Below are positions 51,883-62,268 of a stretch of DNA of 64,000 nt, in pieces (position 1 is the first letter of the stretch; the number at the start of each line of letters is the position of its first letter). Source of the DNA: Escherichia phage vB_EcoM_RZ. A program made the translations under genes and the position numbers. The notes beneath the pieces are model-generated. The model saw nothing but the letters and a program-made list of their open reading frames with translations. It did not search any database and was not told the DNA's origin. The stretch lies in sequence record MW598459; one strand, given 5' to 3'.

Positions 51883-53061
51883 TTATAGATATTTACGGAA
51901 ACCAGCAAGAACGTTCTCATCGACGTCATTGTCAATCTGGGCTACCAGGTAAGCAGACAACTCAACTTCTTGTGGTGCTGATTGCACATTATCAGAGTTA
52001 AGATATTCGCGAATCCATGGAATCGGGTGCTTAGTAGATTCTAACACGATTTCACACGGGAGACCGCATTGCTTCATACGAGAAACCGTCAGGTAATCGA
52101 TGAACCGGTTAAGAATCTCGACGCTCAGCCCAGGGAGTCCACCATCTTTAAACAGATGCACGGCCCATTCTTTTTCCTGGCGATTAACTTCCATGAAAAT
52201 GGCTGCGGCTTCTGCTTCACATTCGTGAGCGATTTTAACCCATTCGTCACCGTCAACACCAGTCTGCAGCTGACGAAGAATATATTGGGTCCCCTTAAGG
52301 TGGAGCTGTTCATCACGGGCGATGAACTTCATTATCTTCGCATTGCCTTCCATGATTTCCATGTTCTTATGGAAGTTGAAAGTGCAAGCAAAAGATACAT
52401 AAAAACGAATAGCTTCCAGGGCATTAATGACATGCAGACAGAGATAAAGAGACTTCATCAATGCTCGTTTGGCGATAGCTTCTTGTTTGATAGCTCGTTC
52501 CAAACGTTCGTCCGCTTCGGGAGTTTCTTTGGCCAGTTCAACAAAAGCAATCTGGTTTTGCCATTGACGAGTTTTATTCAGAACATCATCATAGTAATGG
52601 CCAATGGATTCTGCACGCTTCATGATTGCATCATCTAACAGGATTTCGTCGAATACCTTCGCCGGGTCCGTATAGAGATTTCGCATGATGTGCGTATAAG
52701 AACGAGAGTGAATTGTCTCGCTGAATGTCCAGGTCTGAATCCATGTATCAAGACTTGGGTCAGAAACTAATGCGGCTAATGCTGCAGCTGGAGCACGACC
52801 CTGGATACTATCCAGAAGTGATTGGTATTTCAGGTTGTTGGTAAAAATATTTTGTTGATGTTCAGGAAGCTTATTAAATTGAGCTCCGTCCATCATCAGG
52901 TTTACTTCCTCTGGACGCCAGAAGAATGATAATTGCTTTTCTGTTAATTCTTCGAAAACTTTATGACGCTGGATATCATAACGGGCAATCCCCAATCCTG
53001 AACCGAAGAACATTGGCTCGGCTAAAACATCCACCGGAGTGGTATTAAAAACTGTACTCAT
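51883..53061 (-). CDS. nrdB: ribonucleotide reductase small subunit NrdB (uninterrupted)
   Basis: 392 aa continuous ORF (T4 NrdB 388 aa); diiron-site E..H motifs; no intron. Confidence 0.9.
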   Translation of the reverse strand: MSTVFNTTPVDVLAEPMFFGSGLGIARYDIQRHKVFEELTEKQLSFFWRPEEVNLMMDGAQFNKLPEHQQNIFTNNLKYQSLLDSIQGRAPAAALAALVSDPSLDTWIQTWTFSETIHSRSYTHIMRNLYTDPAKVFDEILLDDAIMKRAESIGHYYDDVLNKTRQWQNQIAFVELAKETPEADERLERAIKQEAIAKRALMKSLYLCLHVINALEAIRFYVSFACTFNFHKNMEIMEGNAKIMKFIARDEQLHLKGTQYILRQLQTGVDGDEWVKIAHECEAEAAAIFMEVNRQEKEWAVHLFKDGGLPGLSVEILNRFIDYLTVSRMKQCGLPCEIVLESTKHPIPWIREYLNSDNVQSAPQEVELSAYLVAQIDNDVDENVLAGFRKYL

Positions 53062-53786
53062 TTATTAACCTTTATCCTTCCTCTGACCCATCCATCGGGG
53101 ATAATTTCAGAGGATTCAATTAATTTATTTGTAAACCCGTCATTAATACAGATTTTACCACGGGCACCTTTATATTGTCGTGGAGTTATTTTATCAAATG
53201 TGGGTTGAAGCGAATATGACCATCTAAATCCATAGGCATATTGAAATTTTCCACTCGCACAATACTTGATGTTTGATGCGTTTCCATTTACGGACCGAGC
53301 TGCTTCTTGCAATGACCTAAATTTTTCAACAAATTCACCATCAAGAGTAAATTGATAAATTTCTGTAGATGGAACAGCTAACTTATTCTTTTCACTTACA
53401 ATTTGCTTAGATTCTTCACTGTGATGCTTACCCAACATACCACGGGGATGTGGGTTATTTTTCCAGTGTTCCTTAAAGAATTCAGAATTTGCTTTGGCAA
53501 ATAGCTTTCGATGGAAACTATACAAGTTATTATTAATACGATTTCCAGCTTTATCCGTTGCCATTAAAGTTAGGGCCGAGACCAATCCAAAATGACCGGG
53601 ATTTATTTTGCATAAAAGCAAATGAGCAATAAAATGTTCTCGAGCTGTTAACTCGACAAGGTTTGTTCTTTCATCAGTACCGCCCATACATCTTGGGATA
53701 ATATGATGAATCTCTTTATATTCGGTTAAAGGTTCCCGGGTTTTACCCCGGGATATTAAATTATTATAAATGTTTTGATAATTCAT
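53058..53786 (-). CDS. HNH homing endonuclease (MobE-like position)
   Basis: EIHHIIPRCMGGTDERTNLVELTAREHFIAH (HNH); GKHHSEESKQIVSEKNK (NUMOD3-like); IYQFTLDGEFVEKFRSLQEAARSV (NUMOD1-like). Confidence 0.7.
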   Translation of the reverse strand: MNYQNIYNNLISRGKTREPLTEYKEIHHIIPRCMGGTDERTNLVELTAREHFIAHLLLCKINPGHFGLVSALTLMATDKAGNRINNNLYSFHRKLFAKANSEFFKEHWKNNPHPRGMLGKHHSEESKQIVSEKNKLAVPSTEIYQFTLDGEFVEKFRSLQEAARSVNGNASNIKYCASGKFQYAYGFRWSYSLQPTFDKITPRQYKGARGKICINDGFTNKLIESSEIIPDGWVRGRIKVNK

Positions 53787-56041
53787 TACAGTTTACATGC
53801 CGAGCAATCATCAGCTTTTGGCATTTCCAATTCATAATCGTCAGTTCCCGAGCCATCACGAGTATTGTGATAGTAAAAATTCTTGATTCCGTAGTACCAA
53901 CCATACATCAAGTCGTCAAGCATAACTGACATCGGAACTTTTCCTTTCGGATAATTCTGCGGGTCATAATATGTGTTTGCTGATGCTGACTGACAAATCC
54001 ATTTCAACATAATCGCAACTTGGGTCAGATAAGGTTTGTTACCTTGCTTAGCTAACACCCATGCGTAATCGTACAATCCTTTATTGTGCTCAATATTGGG
54101 CACGACTTGATTAAAGGAACCCTCTTTTGACTCTTTAATAGAGACTGGTCCACGCGGAGGTTCGATACCGTTTGTACTGTTAGAAACTTGGGAAGATGAC
54201 TCACAAGGCATAAGTGCTGATAATGTGCTATTACGGATGCCATGTTCAACCAGGTCTTCCCGCAACTGCGCCCAGTCACAAACGTAGTTTGGAGCTGCGA
54301 TTTGGTCAATCTTTTTATTGTACCAGTCGATAGGTAATTCGCCTCGAGCCCAACGAGTGTCTGAATAATATTCGCAAGGTCCTTTTTCTTTGGCGAGCTT
54401 GATTGATGCTCGGATAAGGCCATATTGTAATCTCTCGAACAGTTCATGTGTTAAATCGTTTGCATCAGCATAGGAAGCGAAATTGCTTGCCAACCATGCA
54501 GCATAGTTAGTAACCCCAACACCCAGGTTGCGCCGTTTTTTGGCTTTCAGAGCTTCTTTAACCGGATAACCCTGGTAGTCCAACAGATTATCAAGAGCAC
54601 GAACTTGTACTTCGGCCAGCTCGTTAATTTTATCTTGGTCCTGCCAGTCAAAACTATCCAGAACAAATGCAGACAATGTGCACAATCCGATTTCAGCATC
54701 TTCGCTGTTCACATCAGTAGTCGGGATTGCAATTTCGCAGCAAAGGTTTGATTGACGAATCGGAGCCTTATCACGGATGAACGGAGTGTAGTCATTCACG
54801 TTATCGACGAACTGCGGATAAACCCTGGCTGTACCGGAACGTTCGGTCATGAATAATTCAAATACATCTTTTGCTTTGATGCGTTTCTTACGAACCGTCG
54901 GGTCTTTTTCTAAAGCTTCATATAACTCGCGGAATTTATCTGGGTTATCAAAATATGAATAATACAATTCCCCGCCAGCTTCGTGTGGACTAAACAGGGT
55001 GATGTAATCATTCTTAGCCAGTCGTTCCATCATCAGGTTATTCAGCTGGACACCATAGTCCATATGTCTGATGCGGTTTTCTTCAACGCCCTTGTTGTTC
55101 TTCAGAACGAGTAAATTTTCAACTTCCAAATGCCAAATAGGATAATAAGCAGTAGCAGCGCCGCCACGGATTCCACCTTGTGAACATGATTTAACAGCTG
55201 TTTGGAAATGTTTCCAGAACGGAATAACACCAGTATGCTTGACTTCGCCCATACCGATTTTAGAACCTTCAGCACGAATCATGCCAACGTTGATACCGAT
55301 ACCTGCACGCTTACTGATATATTCGATGATTGAATTAGCAGTTTTATTAATTGACTTCAGGGAGTCCGCCGCTTCGATAACCACACATGAACTGAACTGC
55401 CTGGTAGGTGTTCTGGCGCCCGCCATGATAGGTGTGGGCAACGAAACCTGTCGGGTGGATACTGCATCATAAAAACGGCAAACGTGCTTCAGACGGTCCG
55501 TTGGTTCATCCTGGTGCAGTGCCATGCCAATGGCCATGATAGCGAACTGTGGAGTCTCATAGATTTTCCCAGTGGTTTTATCTTTAACCAGGTATTTCTC
55601 TTTAAGCTGCATTGCGCCTGCATAAGTCAGGTCAAAATCGCGTTCGTGCTTAATACGAGATTCCAGGTAAGTAATCTCTTCAGCGGAATAGCTTGACAAC
55701 AGCTCCGGGTCATATTTACCTTCATTAACACAATAAGAAATCTGGTCAATAAAAGAACGTGGCTCAAATTGTCCATAAACATCTTTACGCAGAGCAAACA
55801 TCGTAGCCTTCGCTGCAACGTATTGGTAATCTGGTTCTTCAACCGAGATAAGCCCAGCAGATACTTTGATGATAACCGTCTGAATATCGCGAGTAGTCAT
55901 ACCATCGCGCAGATGTGGTTTAATTGTTTCGTATAATTCGTATGGGTCGATATTAGTTCCTTCACATGACCAGGAAAGAACTTTAATAATTTTTTGGCCA
56001 TCAAAATCTTGAGATACACCACTACTTTTTTGTACTTGCAT
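53786..56041 (-). CDS. nrdA: ribonucleotide reductase large subunit NrdA
   Basis: 751 aa (T4 754 aa); class Ia RNR motifs (NLCCEI active-site Cys region, C-terminal CSACKL). Confidence 0.9.
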   Translation of the reverse strand: MQVQKSSGVSQDFDGQKIIKVLSWSCEGTNIDPYELYETIKPHLRDGMTTRDIQTVIIKVSAGLISVEEPDYQYVAAKATMFALRKDVYGQFEPRSFIDQISYCVNEGKYDPELLSSYSAEEITYLESRIKHERDFDLTYAGAMQLKEKYLVKDKTTGKIYETPQFAIMAIGMALHQDEPTDRLKHVCRFYDAVSTRQVSLPTPIMAGARTPTRQFSSCVVIEAADSLKSINKTANSIIEYISKRAGIGINVGMIRAEGSKIGMGEVKHTGVIPFWKHFQTAVKSCSQGGIRGGAATAYYPIWHLEVENLLVLKNNKGVEENRIRHMDYGVQLNNLMMERLAKNDYITLFSPHEAGGELYYSYFDNPDKFRELYEALEKDPTVRKKRIKAKDVFELFMTERSGTARVYPQFVDNVNDYTPFIRDKAPIRQSNLCCEIAIPTTDVNSEDAEIGLCTLSAFVLDSFDWQDQDKINELAEVQVRALDNLLDYQGYPVKEALKAKKRRNLGVGVTNYAAWLASNFASYADANDLTHELFERLQYGLIRASIKLAKEKGPCEYYSDTRWARGELPIDWYNKKIDQIAAPNYVCDWAQLREDLVEHGIRNSTLSALMPCESSSQVSNSTNGIEPPRGPVSIKESKEGSFNQVVPNIEHNKGLYDYAWVLAKQGNKPYLTQVAIMLKWICQSASANTYYDPQNYPKGKVPMSVMLDDLMYGWYYGIKNFYYHNTRDGSGTDDYELEMPKADDCSACKL

Positions 56042-56074
56042 GTTTTCCTCTATAGTTCAAAAGGGTTGGGAACC

Positions 56075-56320
56075 TTAAATTGTCTCTGGTAGTTCCGAAG
56101 TCATTTCATCATTATATTCTTCTTCTGACTGGACAGTGATGTCAAAATATGACTGGACGTCACCGGCTGAATCATGACAGTAGACACGTTCATGTCTTTT
56201 GGCCAGAAATTTGATTCCGTCAATAGTGATATAAGAATTTGGGGCAGGTAAATCCTGTTCGGTAAATTGTGGCATTTCAAAAATGACTTCGCCTGACTGG
56301 CGTTTAAATCGTAAATTCAT
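56075..56320 (-). CDS. hypothetical protein
   Basis: 81-aa acidic ORF. Confidence 0.45.
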   Translation of the reverse strand: MNLRFKRQSGEVIFEMPQFTEQDLPAPNSYITIDGIKFLAKRHERVYCHDSAGDVQSYFDITVQSEEEYNDEMTSELPETI

Positions 56321-56379
56321 AATTTCCTCTCATTAAATTTTAAATAATTATATCACGGTGTCCTGGAGCGGAATCGTAT

Positions 56380-56679
56380 TTATGTACCCAAATCCTCGAG
56401 CGAAAAGGTGTCTTTGAAAAGTTTGTTAACGACCAGAGCGATAATATCACCATGACATGACTTCGGTTTGCATGTGCAGGCTAATCGCATTCCGCGGAGA
56501 GTTTCAAGGTGTTCTCTTTTGATTTCACCCGATTTAATCTTTGCTATGAAATATTCTTTAAAGTTTTTTATGTTTTCTTCTCGGGTACCATCTTTATATG
56601 GGTTTCCCCACATGGTACCCCGTTGAATATTCACATCAAAGTCGGATTGATATTTGTTAACAACCCGACAGGCTTTCAT
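56380..56679 (-). CDS. hypothetical protein with Cys/His cluster
   Basis: 99-aa ORF; CTCKPKSCHGD motif. Confidence 0.45.
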   Translation of the reverse strand: MKACRVVNKYQSDFDVNIQRGTMWGNPYKDGTREENIKNFKEYFIAKIKSGEIKREHLETLRGMRLACTCKPKSCHGDIIALVVNKLFKDTFSLEDLGT

Positions 56680-56741
56680 AATAGGAAGTTAAGCCCGACC
56701 ATTACGGCCAGAAATAAAATACCGGCAATTTGAATTTTCAT
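56677..56741 (-). CDS. micro-ORF encoding 21-aa hydrophobic peptide
   Basis: MKIQIAGILFLAVMVGLNFLL; start overlaps upstream stop (TAATG), stop overlaps downstream start (ATGA); speculative. Confidence 0.3.
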
Positions 56742-56937
56742 TATACCTCGACAATAAACCAGATAGACCGATTGAAATCATCATATTCATACGATTTAAT
56801 CACACGCATAACATAAAGTTCTTTGTTCTGGACAAAAATCGTTGTTTTCTCTTTAGGCAGTTCATCGAGACTTATGTTCATTTTTTCAAACAGCACCTCA
56901 TTGGTGCCGTATCTATTGTTTACTATACGAATATTCA

Positions 56938-56938
<1 letters not shown>
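56741..56938 (-). CDS. hypothetical protein
   Basis: 65-aa ORF directly downstream of td. Confidence 0.45.
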
Positions 56939-58713
<1,775 letters not shown>

Positions 58714-58714
<1 letters not shown>

Positions 58715-58905
58715 TATATTTTCCTCAAATATTTTTTAACCATATAATATTGAAATTCAAACATTTTGGAATCAATTACCCAAATCTGACGTTTAGGACA
58801 CTCATTCAAACGCACCGCGGAACATCCAGAGGAAAGGAATGAATACTGTTCCTTTTCTGTTTCAGAAAGACATGTTCTTAAAAAGCGGAAAAATAAATCA
58901 TGCAT
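58714..58905 (-). CDS. hypothetical small protein (63 aa)
   Basis: C-terminal part of a longer ORF; ATG overlaps the stop of the 82-aa ORF. Confidence 0.35.
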
Positions 58906-59146
58906 TTTTATTTGCCTTAACGACTTTCCAGTCAGCTTTAAATTGGTCAACATCAGAGTGGTGAATCCAGAAACCAGATGAGCTACCATCTTCATAAAGA
59001 GGACAACCATCACACTCATCTTTCCAACCCATTGCACACAAAGTTTCTTCAGCTTTTTCCAGAGCTTCTGGATTGTTACCCTGGATTGTGAAATACCATT
59101 TACCTTTAACTTCTGAATCTTTGATGCTCTCACGTTGTAATTTCAT
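58898..59146 (-). CDS. hypothetical protein
   Basis: 82-aa ORF with conserved leader/SD and early promoter. Confidence 0.5.
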   Translation of the reverse strand: MKLQRESIKDSEVKGKWYFTIQGNNPEALEKAEETLCAMGWKDECDGCPLYEDGSSSGFWIHHSDVDQFKADWKVVKANKNA

Positions 59147-59185
59147 TTTATTCTCCAGTTTTGTTGTGTAACTCAGTATGGGACC

Positions 59186-59214
59186 ATTATGTCATAGCCC
59201 CATTTGGTTGTACA
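59186..59214 (-). promoter_or_regulatory. early-type promoter (GTGTACA-N17-CATAAT)
   Basis: reverse complement: GTGTACAaccaaatggggctatgaCATAATgg. Confidence 0.55.
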
Positions 59215-59221
59215 CTACTTT

Positions 59222-59488
59222 TTAAATTTTATCAAGCCATTTTCCAAGTTTAGTCATTTCCTTGGTGGCCTTTTCCATACTTCTGAACTTAATTAATAAA
59301 GGATGAACATCCATACCCATCACCAGATTGGTTGCAAGACTGTGCTCACCAACAAGCCATAATGAGTATGTTTGAACATCCAGACCATAATTTCTGTCTT
59401 TATGAACTCGTACACCCATTACTTCAAACTGTTCGCTTGCTTTTTCTACTGCATCCAGGAAATCATCTTTAGTCATGTTAGACCCCAA
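59222..59488 (-). CDS. hypothetical protein
   Basis: 88-aa ORF. Confidence 0.45.
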   Translation of the reverse strand: MGSNMTKDDFLDAVEKASEQFEVMGVRVHKDRNYGLDVQTYSLWLVGEHSLATNLVMGMDVHPLLIKFRSMEKATKEMTKLGKWLDKI

Positions 59489-59846
59489 AAGTTGCTTTAA
59501 TCAGTGCAATGACTTCTGCTGCATTTTTGTGATTGACTTGCACATGAATGGTTTGGGTATCAACATCAGGAGCATCACCATCAACTTCCAGGAAGTGACG
59601 GAATTCCCATTCACCAAGTTCAAAGTACTCATCAGAATCACCCATACTATTCAGGATGGTGCCATCTTTCATTTCAACTTTTTCAACAAAATAATCGCCA
59701 TCAATAAAGCACATGTCCAGGACTTTGAAGGAACTACCATGTTGTTCCATCAACTTAATCATACGCGAATTGTCATCAGGACTACCAGCGATGAATTGTT
59801 TTTTGGCAGCAGGGTCTAATACGTAAAATTTACCAGTTTCCATCAT
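59478..59846 (-). CDS. hypothetical protein, paralogue family member A
   Basis: 122 aa; shares DYFEL.E.EF..F and C-terminal IALIKA/IELLQKA with ORF 60196-60558. Confidence 0.5.
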   Translation of the reverse strand: MMETGKFYVLDPAAKKQFIAGSPDDNSRMIKLMEQHGSSFKVLDMCFIDGDYFVEKVEMKDGTILNSMGDSDEYFELGEWEFRHFLEVDGDAPDVDTQTIHVQVNHKNAAEVIALIKATFGV

Positions 59847-59871
59847 TTTAATTTCCTCATATTCAATTGAG

Positions 59872-59906
59872 GGAACATATTATCATGTTCCAGTTGGTTT
59901 GTATAC
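59872..59906 (-). promoter_or_regulatory. early-type promoter with -10 inside inverted repeat GGAACAT/ATGTTCC
   Basis: reverse complement: GTATACAaaccaactGGAACATgaTAATATGTTCC. Confidence 0.5.
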
Positions 59907-60133
59907 TAAGCTTGAATCAAGCCCATATAAAATTCAGCATCTTCCGGGTGCATCCCTTCGCAATATTCATTTTGCATAAAGCGGGTAAGGTCTTTGAGAG
60001 GACCTTGAACTTCAATTTGAATACTAAAGAATTGGGTATCTTTAATGTAAGTCATACACAAAGAAGGATACCGATTACGAATAACTTCGTAAGTGTATTC
60101 AAAATCAACGATATCAATATTAACCTTGGCCAT
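59906..60133 (-). CDS. hypothetical protein
   Basis: 75-aa ORF. Confidence 0.45.
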   Translation of the reverse strand: MAKVNIDIVDFEYTYEVIRNRYPSLCMTYIKDTQFFSIQIEVQGPLKDLTRFMQNEYCEGMHPEDAEFYMGLIQA

Positions 60134-60156
60134 TTTATTTTCCTCATGTAGTTGAT

Positions 60157-60195
60157 GGGTCTATAATAACATAATCATAGACCCGTTGTAAACTG
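60157..60195 (-). promoter_or_regulatory. early-type promoter with -10 inside inverted repeat GGGTCTAT/ATAGACCC
   Basis: reverse complement: GTTTACAacGGGTCTATgattatgtTATTATAGACCC. Confidence 0.5.
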
Positions 60196-60558
60196 CTATT
60201 TGAAAGCTTTTTGTAGAAGTTCAATGATTTGGTCGACGTTATTAGCATCTACAACACAATTAATAGAAACCGCCCCCGAAGGTGTTTTTGTATAATTGGA
60301 GTATTCACGGAAGCAATAAAACTCTTCTTCGCTAAGTTCAAAATAATCATCACCCATGCCATCATCATTATAGATTGCACCATTAGCACAAATGATTTCG
60401 GTTACATAATCATAGCCGTCTGCACTTGATATTGATTTAACTTCAAACCAACCGCCATTTTCTTGGATGATGTCGACCATACTAGCATTCGATGAACTAA
60501 TATCAATGAAAGATTTAATACGATGTGGATTGAACTCATATTTTTTGCCGATTTCCAT
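60196..60558 (-). CDS. hypothetical protein, paralogue family member B
   Basis: 120 aa; paralogous to ORF 59478-59846. Confidence 0.5.
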   Translation of the reverse strand: MEIGKKYEFNPHRIKSFIDISSSNASMVDIIQENGGWFEVKSISSADGYDYVTEIICANGAIYNDDGMGDDYFELSEEEFYCFREYSNYTKTPSGAVSINCVVDANNVDQIIELLQKAFK

Positions 60559-60595
60559 TTTTATTTCCTCAGTTGTTATCAGTAGTTGATGGAAT

Positions 60596-60626
60596 CATTA
60601 TGCCTTAGCTCAAAGGACTTGTACAC
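60596..60626 (-). promoter_or_regulatory. early-type promoter (GTGTACA-N17-CATAAT)
   Basis: reverse complement: GTGTACAagtcctttgagctaaggCATAATg. Confidence 0.55.
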
Positions 60627-60639
60627 TACTTTTTGAAAA

Positions 60640-60668
60640 TAAAAAGGGGACCCGAAGGTCCCCTTATA
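60640..60668 (-). terminator. intrinsic terminator after gene 32
   Basis: GGGGACCCGAAGGTCCCC hairpin followed on minus by TTTTT. Confidence 0.75.
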
Positions 60669-61574
60669 TTAAAGGCCAGCCAGCAGGTCATCAAGACCAT
60701 CATCGGAAGGCTCTGGAGTGCTTGGGGCAGTCGCAGTGCGTTCAGACTTAGCAGGTTTGCTGGAAGTGAAGTCTTCCATATCTTTATCGAAATCGTCCAG
60801 GTCAGCACCCAGTTTATCGGCTTGTGCAGCAGCTTTAGAAGCAGCGCCACCGAGAGCAGCTGTGCCCATTACTTTAGAGAATTTCTTCTGATTCTCTTCA
60901 AGAGATTTAAATACCAGCAATTCATTCAGGTCAGACATGTCGTCCCAAAGTTTTTTCTGGAATGCTTCATCATTGATACCGGCGATTTCAGACTGGTTCA
61001 TGAATTTGGAATCATCGTAGTTTTTATAACCGGAAACCAGTTTAGATTTCAGTACGAAGTTTGCACCATCAAACGGACAAGTTACATCAACAGCTTCTTC
61101 GCCCATGTCAACATCAACTTCAACCATCTGGTTGATTTTGTCCATGATTTTCTTACCAAAGCGATATTTGAATACTTGGCCTTCGTTAGACGGAACAGCA
61201 GGGTCTTTAATGACCAGGATGTTAGCCCAGTAAGAAGTATTACGCTTCAGTTTACGATATTCAGATTCGTTTGTATTGTACAGGTCATTCTTATTCATGT
61301 ACGCACACACAGGGCAGTTTTCATAATCGCCGTGAGTAGAAGTACAGTTTTCAATATACCATTGACCAGCATTTTTAAAGCCGTGGTTAACGAGCTTGAT
61401 GAATGGAGATGGATTTTCTTCATTCTTAGAAGGCAGGAAACGAATAACCGCAGAGCCGACGCCATCAGTATCTTTCAGTTTCCATTCTTTTTTATCGTCA
61501 GAAGAGAAACCAGCGCCACCTTTCAGAGCGTTAAGGGAAGCAGCCAGGTCAGCAGGGTTTTTACGTTTAAACAT
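60669..61574 (-). CDS. 32: single-stranded DNA-binding protein gp32
   Basis: MFKRK...EWKLK...[11 protein letters not shown]...LVNHGFK...WYIENC.STHGDY; acidic C-terminus; matches remembered T4 gp32 (301 aa). Confidence 0.95.
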   Translation of the reverse strand: MFKRKNPADLAASLNALKGGAGFSSDDKKEWKLKDTDGVGSAVIRFLPSKNEENPSPFIKLVNHGFKNAGQWYIENCTSTHGDYENCPVCAYMNKNDLYNTNESEYRKLKRNTSYWANILVIKDPAVPSNEGQVFKYRFGKKIMDKINQMVEVDVDMGEEAVDVTCPFDGANFVLKSKLVSGYKNYDDSKFMNQSEIAGINDEAFQKKLWDDMSDLNELLVFKSLEENQKKFSKVMGTAALGGAASKAAAQADKLGADLDDFDKDMEDFTSSKPAKSERTATAPSTPEPSDDGLDDLLAGL

Positions 61575-61629
61575 AGACATATGATTTTCCTTAGATTATT
61601 TGATTTTTAGCAGTTGTTTTGATTACGTA

Positions 61630-62268
61630 TTAATTATACTTCAAAGTGATTGAAGCGATAAACTTTTGAAATTCAGAATCAAGATGGGGATTCCATCCTA
61701 ATTTGAATTTATTTATAATGGAAATACCGGTCGTGTGTGTACACGGTAAACCAGTTTCTCTTGCCATAATAACTGGACCAAGTCTGGAAGTTCTATGCGG
61801 TCCTATATACCAGTCATAATATATTCCAGCATTTAACCAAACTAAATGAGCACCTTTAGCTATTGTATTAGGATGTTCCCAAGGCAATAAACCTTTAAGG
61901 TGAGAATTTAATTTCATATTTATTTTATGTGATTCTGATTTTGGTTTACCTTTTAATGAAGACTTAAAGGTTCCACGAGCACTCGCCTTATTGAAAAACA
62001 ATGGCGATTTAACCACATTATAGTGTTGATGGTAAAACTCTTCTTCTGACAACACATCGTCACACACATGCAGAATTTTAACGGTTGGTTTTTCAGACAA
62101 TGCCTCAATAAAACGAGATTGTTTGCATGAAGACCAGTATTCTTTATTATGTGAATCAATTATAACACCATTTTCAAAAGCACAATTATGCTTTGACCCA
62201 ATGTAAAAATAAGGAGGCGTTTTATTTTTCAGACGAGTTTCAAATGTAAACCAATATACAACATTCAA
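61630..62268 (-). CDS. GIY-YIG-like free-standing endonuclease candidate (SegG-like position)
   Basis: 212 aa; N-terminal VVYWFTF-x14-YFYIGSK resembles GIY...YIG; located between genes 59 and 32. Confidence 0.45.
   Translation of the reverse strand: MNVVYWFTFETRLKNKTPPYFYIGSKHNCAFENGVIIDSHNKEYWSSCKQSRFIEALSEKPTVKILHVCDDVLSEEEFYHQHYNVVKSPLFFNKASARGTFKSSLKGKPKSESHKINMKLNSHLKGLLPWEHPNTIAKGAHLVWLNAGIYYDWYIGPHRTSRLGPVIMARETGLPCTHTTGISIINKFKLGWNPHLDSEFQKFIASITLKYN

Noticed and set aside
52069-52638. 189-aa plus-strand ORF inside nrdB
   Set aside because: Antisense to nrdB, which has clear RNR small-subunit features.
58906-59133. N-terminal part of the 139-aa ORF 58714-59133
   Set aside because: Overlaps the better-supported 82-aa ORF in another frame; Lys/Leu-rich composition; only the C-terminal 63 codons after the coupled ATG retained, at low confidence.
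60633-61610. 325-aa plus-strand ORF overlapping gene 32
   Set aside because: Antisense to the strongly supported gp32 ORF; Phe/Arg/Ile-rich composition.
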